Shown here: in pieces, positions 45,031 to 56,470 of the stretch
Position numbering within the stretch: position 1 is the first letter of the stretch
Layout of the letters: each line of letters opens with the position of its first letter
NCBI GenBank assembly: GCA_036172245.1
Contig: JAYWIR010000096.1
Coordinates: forward strand, 62,001 to 126,000
Reading direction: 5' to 3'
DNA from: Raillietiella orientalis
Taxonomy: Eukaryota
DNA: 64,000 nucleotides
Program-made: the position numbers and the translations under genes
The notes under the pieces: model-generated
What the model was told of the DNA's origin: nothing
The model's database searches: none
Seen by the model: only the letters and a program-made list of their open reading frames with translations

Positions 45031-48000
45031 TTATCACCCGGGTACGCCCGGGGCGTTCATTTGGGAACTCTACATGCGTGGTACGAGAAACCACTACGGC
45101 CGCAAACAAAGGATCTGTAGGGACACCAGGACGCATCCCAGCGTGGCACTTACCGACAGCGAAGGGTGATAGGGATGAGACCAAAAACAAAAAAAAAAAA
45201 AGGAAACAAACAAAAAGAAGTTGGAGGACAGGGAATGGATCACTGGTCGCTGTGAGGAGGGCCCATCCGTCAAACCAAGCCCTCGAGGTCTGTCTGTATA
45301 TTCCCCAGTTGGGGCCATCCGGCAGCTTTCGGCAAGAAGCGTTGGACATACGGGATGACATCCCTCGCGTGTTGACCCACTCCTTCCTTGTTGGTGTCGC
45401 TCCATGCCGCCACGATGCCTCGGACGCAGCACAAGGCTGCAAGGGCTGCGGCTGGTTGCAGGGCGTCCTTCACGAAGAGGGGCCGAAGAACGTCTCTAGG
45501 GGAACTGCCCGTTGGGAGACCGAGGATCGTCCCAAACCGTTCCCAAAGAGGTCGGAGGGCAGCACAATCCGCAATAAGGTGGGGGCGCAAATCTCGCTCC
45601 CCTGAGCTGGCACACGCAGGATCCACAGCTCCCCTCGTCCACTGGAAGCGGCGTGCGATGCTGGGTAGACCCCAGTGCAACAGCACCAACGCGGACTCTT
45701 CCCACTTGAGGGGCAGGATCCTGGATTCTTTTATAACCGGGACCACTTCAGCTCATCCATGGGGATGGCGAGCAGCTCGCCCCATCTTAATAATCCTCGA
45801 GGCTGGACGCTCGTAGTCGTGGCGTCGGCCAGTTCTCCTGTTGTCCAGCCGCTCATCAACTTCTCGCGTCCCTCGATGCAGCAGGAGACTTGCCAACTCG
45901 GCGTCCGGCTGCTGTGAAGTGCCCTCCTCAGGAAGGGCAACGCCGTAGCTCGGCAGGTCGTCTCTGCCCACGTGAATCTTGCTGGACCCTCCAGGAGATT
46001 CCGCAGCATGCAGCGGGCGTAGGGGCTGCATCGGTGACGATTCCACGTTTCGTGGCTTTTCTGATTCACCACTGCCCACGTTCCGATGTTCTCCTCCAGC
46101 CAGGCGGGGGAGTTGGCGTGCAGCAAACCATCCAGCTGTTCTGCTTAGCCAATATTGCCATGCGCCCGAGCAGTAGGCCGCATCTTCGCATCTTCCGGCC
46201 ACGGCTCAGAAGAAAAGACGCGAGTGCATAGCACCGGGACAGACGAAGGGCCAGGAGGAGGGCCGGAATGCACCAAGGGGTGCTCCACATCTTCGCTGCG
46301 ATGACGAGGGTTCGCCACCGCAGTTGCTTATCCACGCGCTCAAGCGTCAGGAGGCAAAGACCGCCGTCCCGACGCGGAGCGCATAAGTCCTTCAGAGGGA
46401 CTCGGGGCCTCCCCTTGTCCCAAAGGGCGATACGGAGGAGGTGCTTTGTTTTCTTCTTTGATTCCACGGTGTGGAGGCAAACAAAAAGCAAGGGGCTGAG
46501 AATGGGGGCTCGAAGGCGTTTTAAACCGCGGCCCGTTTTGGCAAGTAAAACTTGCCTTTCAGGAACGGACCGATCGCCGTCTCGACTTTTTGGAGGCTGC
46601 TGGAGCACGCTTCCGCAGAAGAGTAGTCCCCCAATGGCACACCAAGGTACTTGAAGAACCTCGCCGTGGGGATACCTAGACAGACACAGTCCTGCAGCCC
46701 TGCTCACGCCGCACCTATTGGCACCACCGGCGACTTTGCCCTGTTGACCTGCAGTCCGGTCCCGCGGCTTAACAGATCGAAGAAGTCTCCGACCGCCTTT
46801 GCCGAGGTGGACATTGGCAACAAGAGCAGAACATCGTCGGCGTACGCTGCTACGGCGGGCGTGCCAGGGCACGAGCTCGGCAAGGGGGCCAAAGTCACCC
46901 TGTACGCTCTCAGCACCAACTCAAAGTAGGTGCTGAAGAGCAGGGGGCTGAGGCTATCCCCCTCCCTCATGTTCCGCCGCACCGGCACGCCATACACATT
47001 GTGACCGCTGAAAGAGACGGTAATCATCGCATTCCGCCAGCAAGAGCGCAGGTAGGACATTAGGGAGGGTGTCAAGCCCATGCGACCCAGGAGTTCCAAG
47101 AGCAGTTCCTGGTCTACACAGTCGAATGCCTTGTGAAGATCGACTGGGAGCGCTAAAGTCCTCTTCCCTACCCGGGGTTCCCTTCTTAACCCGGCTGGCG
47201 GCCCCAATGTGGGATTGGCGACTTTCCCTATCCCTTTCTTCTTTTTTCTCTTCAGGTGCACCCATGTGCTTGCGAAGAAGAGGTTGGCATCCATGCTTCG
47301 CACGGGAACAGCATAAGTCTGCTCCGGGCTAATTATGGATTGTGCCACCTGCCTTAGACGCGAAGCCCATAGCTCGGCAACTAACTTGGCGTCCGTATTC
47401 ACAATCTTGCTCGGACGCCAGTTGTTTAAATTCCTAAGGTCTCCCCCTTTTCGAAGGAGCCTCGCTCTGGCTGACCGAAACGAGGCGGGAACATTGCCTT
47501 CGTCACGGTTCAGCCTGATCAACTTAGTTAGCAGGGGTGCCAGCTCCTCCGCGAAAATCTGAAAGAACTTCGCGGGCAAACCGTTTTCCCCTGGAGCTTT
47601 ACGCCTCTTGAGCTTGTTGCTACCGGCGAGAATTTTGACAGTGGTAAAAGACTCGTCAAGGCTTTCCATGTCTTCCTCCCCTAATGCCGAGGCACCATCC
47701 GGAAGCAAGCTCCAAAAGGCGTCTGAATCCGTGGGCTCCTTGGCGTACAGGGAGGAATAAAAACTCTGCACGAGATGCCGTACGGACGCCAAGGACGAAC
47801 ATTACCGGCCCTGGTCGTCCAGCAAGCTGGCCGACCCGGGTTGCTAGGTTTAACGTTCGGCCCCGGCGCGGTACACGGCCAGGCTACGGAAATTAGGGGT
47901 TCTCTCAGACCTACGAGCCTGTAAATAGGCCCGATGGTTGCGAGGATCCTCGCCGAATCCGGGATGCAGGCGGTCCAGGGGGAACTGCTCGTAACACTCC

Positions 48001-50685
48001 CGGACCGAGGCCTTAACAAGGTGCCAGTCCGTAAGATTCTGGAGCGTGATGCCTATCAGGAATTCGGCAAGGTGTTCCTTCGCACCTAAGAGTAGCGTCC
48101 AGTACCCCGGCAGACGCCAATTCCTAGATGGCGGTCCGTTGTCGCGAGGATGCATCTCGAAAATAATTCGGGAATGGTCCGACAACGTCGACGCAACCCT
48201 TCCCCGTTTGCCGTCCCGTGAACACAGGTCAGCATCCAGGAAGACGTGGTCTTTGCTGCGGTCCATTCCCTCCTCGTCCGCCAACAAGTTGCACGTGCGT
48301 ATTGCAGCGCAGAACTCGTTCATCGCGTTCTCTTGTGTGTCTGGCTCACCTGTTAGTAGACGGAGCTTGAAATCTTCCGCTATCAGGTGAGCCTTCCGCA
48401 AGTTCGTGTTTGCCAGCCAGTCGCGCTTCAGGGATTCCAGCAACCTGGTGCGGTCGCTGTATCCCTGTTTACCGCTCGGGGCGTACACATTCGTGACGAT
48501 CAGGTCGATCGAGTCGGACCAGCTGAGAATCAGCTGACCGACCCGACCGTCGTCATCGAAGCTCACGCCCTTCACGGCAGCGTCGATGGCCGGCTTCACG
48601 AAGAACGCTACCCCGCAGGCTTTGCGAAGGCCGCATCGTCTATACAACCCACCTTCCGCGATCGTCTCGATCTCCTGGGCGTCTCCCGCGGTCATTACGT
48701 GGATCCCTTGCAGCAGGGCCAGCTCGAGCTCACGCAGGGTGTCGGCCGTATCTCGCCTGTTACCGTCGTCGCGCAGACCGTTGACGTTCCAACAGGCGGC
48801 GCGGATCCGACTGCGACTGGCGAGCCCAGGTGTTACTCTTGGGAAGATGGCGATGCGGCGTCCACCACCTGTCGGGGCGGGACGCTAGGTGGAGGAAAAG
48901 GGTCAGGCGCTGCGTGCACCTGGTCTCCCTCCTCCATGGGTAACGGCGCGTCGAGCGGGTCACCCTCAGGTGTGGTCGCGCCTACCTGTTGGCCCTCCTC
49001 CATGGGGGCGGGCTGTTCAGGCTCGGCGACTGCAGGGAGAACTTCGCCCCCCTGCTCAGTCTCCTCCATGGGGGTGGCCGGCTCGACGGCCTCGGAGCGT
49101 GGGAGTTCCCCCTCCGGGATTCGCACGCTACCGCTAACTTCCTGCTTCTACTGCTCGCTGGTGGGGGGGAAACGCCTACTGGGTTTCTGGGACTTGCGTC
49201 CCGACTTCCGGGGGGGTGCCTCCGAGGAGGAGGATCTGCTTTCGGCCCCCAGGTCCAACTCACCTGTGGGGGCCTTTTCCGCGGGAGCTGGCCTCCGCAC
49301 GTCCTTGCGTGAGGGGTTCTCACGCTCCGCCAGCGTGGCCGCGATCTCCTCCGCCGCCAGATCGAACACGGCGTCCTCGGCTCCGACCGTCGCTATTTCG
49401 CGCGGCTCAGCCTCTGTTTAAACAGAGGGTTCGCCGTCGTCAACTTCGGACGCGTCGGAAACGGTGAGGGAAGGCTCGTCGCCCAGCGTGGCAGTCTTGG
49501 GAACGGCTATGCGCTCTAGTGCCACCGTACATTCTCGCATGGTCTTGGAGCGCGGCCCAGGTTTTCTCGCCTTGGCGGCTGTCTTTTTACCGCTTTCGCG
49601 GGTTCCGCGGGGGACACCTTTTTCTCCTTTCTGGCCTTAACCAGCTGCCAGCCGTCTTGGACTCCCGCGTGTTCGGAAGGTTTTTCCTCCGACGCCTGTG
49701 TGGGAGCAACGGGGGCTTGCGGCTGCTAGCGGCCCGTGTCTTTTTTTGGTCTTTCGATCAATTTTCCGCGTTTTGCCTGCGCTTTCTTTGCGGCAGGCGG
49801 CGCCGGAGTGGGGCGTTTAGGGCATACGCGGCGCACGTGACCCTTCTCCCCGCATAAGTGGCACACAATGTTCGGGCACCGCTTGCGCTAGTGTCCTACT
49901 GCATCGCAGTAGCCACAAAAGCGGGGTTTCCCACGTAACAGAGGTCTACGACTTCGTCATTCACCTCTAGTTTATGGGGAAGCCCACTTTCCTTCTTTAC
50001 CGTAACACGCGCGGCATCATGCCCTCCGAAAAGGCTATCGTAGCCATCGAAGATGGTATCCTTTGGCCATAGCGCGTGAACGTCTCCGTATTTTCGCAGT
50101 TGATCACCAACCGCAGACCGCGTCATGCGGCTGGTGATTTCAGTCAGATAGACAACTACGGAGCGGTCCATCGTGACTGGTAGGGTTTTGCGTCCGTCCA
50201 CGTTCAGCGGGGTAGTAATCAAGCTTTGCGCCAAGGTGATGTCCTTGCAGACAACCTCGACGCGCTGACCTCCGCTGAGCACGGATAGACCGTGAAGATC
50301 CTTCTCTAATACGTTGGTGTTCTGCAACGCCTTTGAAAAAGCGCGTGCAGTTCGCCCGTCGAAGAGATTGCCTACCTGGTATACCAGACCGTGCTTGTAC
50401 ATAGCTCCCGGTAGGCCGCCATCTCGGCCATCGTTTCCGCGCTCGGCGCGGCCACCATGGCGCTCCAGCTCCTCGCGTTGAGCAGCGAGGGCGATTCCGG
50501 GGCGGAAGCCCCTGATTCTGTAGGCTGTGGGGATGGCCAAGGCTCCCCCACTCCAACCTCCTTCGTGGTGTACTCAGGCATCGCTGGCATCGCACACCAA
50601 CGATGTTCCACACCAAACAAAACAAGAAAAAACCGCTTTCTGTCGACTCACTCGAGAGCGAAGGAAAAACACGTCCACTCGCCAA
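45031..50685 (-). mobile_element. Full-length degenerate family-Z LINE ('Q')
   Basis: GGACGTG at 50670-50676; ORF1 to the stop at 48833; frameshifted ORF2 with YADD; terminal hairpin at 45031-45062. Confidence 0.92.
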
Positions 50686-50696
50686 GGGATTCGGCA

Positions 50697-53600
50697 TTAT
50701 CACCCGGGTACGCCCGGGGCGTTTATTAATAAACTTTACATACGTGGTACAAGGCCCCACCACGGCCGTAAACACAGGACCTGTCGGGACACAGGGACGC
50801 AGCCCGGCGTGGCACTCCCCGACAGCGAAGGGGGATGGGGATAAGACAAAAAGTAAAATAAAAAGAAACAAACAAAAAGAAGTTAAAGGGCAGGGAAGGG
50901 ATCACTGTTCGCTGTGAAGAGGGCCCATCCGTCGAACGAAGCCCTCGAGGTCAGTCCTCATATTCCCCAGCTGGAGCCATCCGGCAGCTCTTCGCAAGAA
51001 GCGTTGGGCATATGGGATGACATCCCTCGCGTGTTGACCCACTCCTTCCTTGTTGGTGTCGCTCCATGCCGCCACGATGCCTCGGACGCAGCACAAGGCT
51101 GCAAGGGCTGCGGCTGGTTGCAGGGCGTCCTTCACGAAGAGGGGCCGAAGAACGTCTCTAGGGGAACTGCCCGTTGGGAGACCGAGGATCGTCCCAAACC
51201 GTTCCCAAAGGGGACGAAGGGCAGCACAGTCCACAATAAGGTGGGAGAGCGATTCCCGCTCTCCGCACCTGACACACTCAGGATCCACAACTCCTCTTGT
51301 CCAGTGAGAGCGGCGTGCGTTGCAGGGTAAACCCCAATGCAACAACAGCAGCGCGGACTCTTTCCACTTAAGAAGCGGGATCCTGGATTCCTGAAGAAGC
51401 GGGGGCCACTTCAGCACATCCATAGCGATGGCCAGCAGCTCGCCCCATCTTCTTACTCCTCGCGGCTGGACGCTCGGGGTCGTGGCGTCTGCCAGTTCTC
51501 CTGTTGTTAAGCCGCTGATCAACTTTTCGCGTCCCTCGATGCAGCAGGAGACTTGCCACATAGGCGTCCGGCTGCTGTGAAGTGCCCTCTTCAGGAAAAG
51601 CAGCGCCGTAGCGAGACAGGTCGTCTCTGCCCACGTGCATCTTGCTGGACTCTCCAGGAGATTCCGCAGCGTGCATTGGGCGTAGGGGCTGCATCGGAGA
51701 CGATTCCACGTCTCGTGGCTTGTCTGGTTAACCACTGCCCACGTTCCAATATTTTCCTCCAGCCAGGCGGGGAGTTGGCGGGGCAGCAAACCATCCAGCT
51801 GTTCTCCTTGGCCAATGTTGCCATGCGCCCGAGCAGTAGGCCGCATCTTCGCATCTTCCGGCCACGGCTGTGAAGAAAAGACGCGAGTCCATCGCACCGG
51901 GACACACGGCTGGCCAGGAGGCGGGCTGAAGTGCACCAAGGGGTGCACCACATCTTCGCTGCGATGGCGAGGATTCGCCACCGCAGCTGCTTCTCCACGC
52001 GCTCCAGCGTCAGGAGGCCAAGACCGCCGTCCCGACGCGGAGCGCACATGTCCTTCAGTGGGACACGGGGCCTCCCCTTGCCCCAAAGGGCGATACGGAG
52101 GAGGTCCTTCGTCCTCTTCTTGGATTTCACGGTGGGAGGGCAAACAAAAACCAAAGGGCGGAGGATGGGGGCCGCGAAGGAGTTCCAAACCGCGGCCCGT
52201 TCCGGCAAGTGAAACTTGCCTTCCAGGAACGGGCCGATCGCCGTCTCGACTTTTTGGAGGCAGCTGGACCACGCTTCCGCAGGGGAGTAGTCCATCAACG
52301 GCACACCAAGGTACTTGAAGCACCTCGCCGTGGGGATCCCCAGACGGACCTAGTCCTGCTGCCCTGCCCACGCCGCACCTATTGGCACAACCGACGACTT
52401 CGCCCTGTTAACCTGCAGTCCGGTCCCGCTGCTGAGCAGATCGAAGAAGTCTCCGACCGCCTTCGCCGGGGTGGACATTGGCAACAAGAGCAGAAGATCG
52501 TCGTCGTACGCTGCTACGGCGGGCGTGCCGAGGCACGAGCTCGGCAAGGGGGCCAAAGTCACCCTGTACGCTCTCAGCACCAACTCAAAGTAGGTGCTAA
52601 AGAGCAGGGGGCTGAGGCTATCGCCCTGCATTATGCCCCTCCGCACCGGAACGCCATACACCTTCTGTCTACTGAAACAGACGGTAGTCATCGCATTCCG
52701 CCAGCAAGAGCGCAGGTAGGAAATCAGGGAGGGTGGGAAGCCCATGCGACCCAGGAGCTCCAAGAGGAGTTCCTGGTCTACACAGTCGAACGCCTTGTGG
52801 AGATCGACTGCGAGCGCTAGGGCCCCCTTCCCTGCTCGGGGGTCCCTTCCCAGCCCGGCTGGTGGCCCCAATGTGGGGTTGCCGACTTTCCCTATCCCTT
52901 TCTTCTCTCTTTTCTGCAGGTGCACCCATGTGCTTGCGAAGAAGAGGTTGGCATCCATACTTCGCCCGGGAACAGCATAAGTCTGCTCCGGGCTAATTTC
53001 GGATTCTGCCACCTGCCCCAGACGCGAAGCCCATAGCTTTGCTATCAACTTGGCGTCCGTATTCACGATGGTTATCGGACGCCAGTTCTTTAAATTCCTG
53101 AGGTCTCCCCCTTTCGGAAGGAGCCTCACTCTGGCTGACCGAAACGAGGCGGGAACATCGCCTTCGTCTCGGATCAGCCTGATCAACTTAAGCAGCAGGG
53201 GTGCCAGCTCTTCCGCGAAGCTCTGAAACAACTCCGCAGGCAAGCCGTCTTCCCCTGGAGCTTTACGCCTCTTGAGCCTTTTGATACCGGCGAGAATTTC
53301 GCCGGTGGTAAAATGCTCGTCGAGGCTTTCCATCTCCTCCTCCCCTATTGCCGGGGTGCCATCCGGAAGCAAGCGTCGAGAGGCGTTTCGATCCGGGGGC
53401 TCCCTGGCGTGAAGGAAGGAATAAGAACTCCGCACGAGATACCGTACCGACGCCGGGGACGAAGATTCCCGGCCCTGGTCGTCCAGCAAGCTGGCCGACC
53501 CGGATTGCCAGGCTTGGCGTTCGGCCCCGGCGCGGTTCTCGGACAGGCGACGGACATTAGGGGTTCTCTCGTACCTACGAGCCTGTAAATAGGCCCGGTG

Positions 53601-56470
53601 GTTGCGAGCACCCTCGCCGAATCCGGGGGGCAGGCGATCCAGGGGGAACTGCTCACAGAACTCGCGGACCGATTCCTTAAAAAGGTCCCAGTCCTGGAGA
53701 TTCCGGAGCGTGACGCCTCCCAGGTATTCGCGAAGGTGTTCCTTCGCACCTGAGAGTCGCGTCCATTCCTTCGCTAGCTGCCAATCCCTGGATGGCGGTC
53801 CTTTGTCGCAAGGCCGTATCTCGAAAATTAGCCGGGAATGGTCCGACAACGTCGACACAACCCTCCCCCGTTTGCCGACGCGTGAACACAGGTCAGCGTC
53901 CAGGAAGACGTGGTCGATGCTGCGGACCATTCCTTTCTCACCCGCGAACAAGTTGCGCGCACGCATGGCGGCGCACATTTCGTTCATCGCTTTCACTTGT
54001 GTTTCCGGCTCACCTGTTAGCAGGCGGAGATTCAAATCTCGCGCTATCAGGTGAGCCTTTCGCACATTGGTAACCGCCAGCCAGTCGCGCTTCAGGGTTT
54101 CCAGCAGCCTGGTGCGGTCGCGGTAACCCTGTTTGCCGCTGGGGCCATACACGTTTGTGAGGATTAGGTCGATCGAGTCGGACCAGCTGGGAATCAGCTG
54201 ACCGATCCGACCGTCGTCATCAAACCTCACGCCCTTTACGGCAGCGTCAATGGCCGGCTTCACGAAGAACGCGACCCCGCAGGTGTTGCGGAGGCCGCAT
54301 CGCCAATACAGCCGACCCCCCGCGATCGTCTCGATTTCCTGGGCGTCCGCCGCGGTGATCACGTGGATCTCCTGCAGCAGCGCCAGGTCGAGCTCACGCA
54401 GGTTGTCGGCTGTATGTCGCCTGTTGCCGTCGTCACGCAGCCCGTTGACGTTCCAACAGGCCGCGCGAATCCGACTGCGACTGGCGAGCCCAGGTGTTAG
54501 TCCAGGGAAAACGGCGATGCGGCGTCCGCCACCTGCTGGGACGGGACGCTAGGTGGAGGGGTAGGAGGGACAGGTACTGAAGGCACCTTTTCTTCCTCCT
54601 CCAACGGTGCCGGCGCGTCGGCCGGATCACCCGCACGTGGAGTCGCGCCTACCTGTTCGCCTTCCTCCATTTGTTCGGGCTGCTCAGGTTTCGCGACTGC
54701 AGGGAGGACTTCTCCCTCCTGCTCTCCCTCCTCCATGGGGGTGGCCGACTCGACGGCTTCCGGGCGTGGCTATTCCCCCTCCGGGATTCCCACGCTGCCG
54801 CTTCCTTCCGGTTTCTCCTCCTCGCTGGTGGAGGGGAGGCGCCTCCTGGGTTTCTGGGACTTGCGTGCCGACTTCCTGGGGGGTGCCTCCGAGGAGGAGG
54901 ATCCGCTTCCGGCCTTCAGGTCGCACTCACCTGCGGGGGCCTTCTCCGTCGGAGCCGACCTGCGTACGCCCTTGCGCGACGGGGTTTCGCGCTCGGCGAA
55001 CGTTGCTGCGAGCTCCCCCGCCGCTTTCTGGAAGGCCGCCTCTTCGCCAGCGGCGACCGTTGCCGCGGGCTGCTCCGCGACCTTATCGAGCGCGGCGTCA
55101 TCGTTGACGGCAAACGTTGCCGCGGGCTCCTCCGCGACTTTATCGAGCGCGGCGTCCTGGCTGTCGGCGCGCGAGTCTCGCGTCTCACCCTCTACACGTA
55201 GATTGGGCTCGTCCACGCGAGTATTCATCGCGTCCGCATCAGCTGTTCCGCGAACATTGCCGCGGGCGGACTCGGCAGGAACGGCTAAGCGTTCCAGTGC
55301 CACCGAGCATTCGCGGAGTTTTTTTTTTGAAAGCGGCGCGGCTTTTTTCTTGTTGCCAGCAGTTTTCTTCTCCGAATTTTCTTCTATCATCACTTTCTTT
55401 TTTTTCTCTTTTCTGGCCTGAACCAGCTGCCAACCCTCCTCCATTCCCGCGTCCACGGGAGCTATTTCCTCCGACGTCTGTACGGGAGGAAGGGAGGCTG
55501 GCAGTTGGGAACGGCCATTTTCGCGAGCTGGTCTTTCTACCAGCTTTCCACGTTTTCCCTGCGCCTTTTTGGCGGCAGGGGGCACCGGGGTGGGGCGCTT
55601 TTGGCACACGCGCCGAACGTGACCCTTTTCGCCGCATAGGTGGCACACAATGTTCGGGCACCTTTTTCGTAGATGCCCTACTGCATTGCAGTAGCCACAA
55701 AATTGGCGTTTTCCCACGTACCAGAGGTCCACCGCTTCTTGGCAGACCTCCAGCTTATGGGGAAGCGCACCACCCTCTTTTACCGTGATACGCGCCGCAG
55801 CTTGACCTCCGAAAAGGCTATTGTAGCCTTGGAAAATCGTGGACTTCGGCCACAACGCGTGCACTTCTCCGTGCTTTTCAAGCTGTTCTCGAAACGCTGA
55901 CCTCGTCATGCGACTGGAGATCCCAGTGAGATGGACCACCACCGAGCGGTCCATCGTTATAGGCAAGATCTTCCGACCATCAACGATCAGCGGTTCGGTG
56001 ATCAGGTGTCGGGCCAAGGTGATATCCTTGCATACCACCTCGACCCGCTGCCCGCCGCTGAAGACGCAGAGGCCGTCGAGATCTTTTTCAAAAATATTGG
56101 CGTCCTGCAGCGCCTTCGTAAAGGCGCGTGCAGTTCGCCCATCGAAAAGGTAGCCTACCTTGTAGACTAGCGAGGGTTCATACCCCGCTTTCTTGGAGGC
56201 TTCCATCTCGGCCATGGCTTCCACGCTAGGCGCGGCCACCATGGCGCTCTAGGATCTCGGCGTCGCCGGGGACGATTCCGGGGCGGATGCCCCTGATCCA
56301 GTAGGCTGTGTGGACGAACAAGCCTCCATCACGCCTACTTCCATCGCAGTGTCCTCTGGCAACGCTGCCATCCGACACCGACGATGTGCACGCACAAATC
56401 ACTTAAGAAGAAAAAACACTCGCTTTGCCACGCAGGCGGAGCGCAGGAAAAGCACGTCCGCTCTCCACAG
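50697..56470 (-). mobile_element. Full-length family-Z LINE ('R'), mildly degenerate, head-to-tail with Q
   Basis: GGACGTG at 56453-56459; ORF1 56371-54497 (CGYCNAVGHLRKRC, CHLCGEKGHVRRVC); ORF2 from 54497 with a stop at 52350 and a frameshift near 51770. Confidence 0.92.
54995..55165 (-). repeat. Three-fold 19-aa (57-nt) coding repeat in R ORF1
   Basis: DAALDKVAEEPAATFA / DAALDKVAEQPAATVA / EAAFQKAAGELAATFA; single copy in L and Q. Confidence 0.8.

Noticed and set aside
45183..45220. A-rich runs as poly(A) tails (also about 4005-4045, 30640-30690, 50845-50885)
   Set aside because: They are U-rich 3'-UTR tracts of minus-strand elements lying well inside the terminus.
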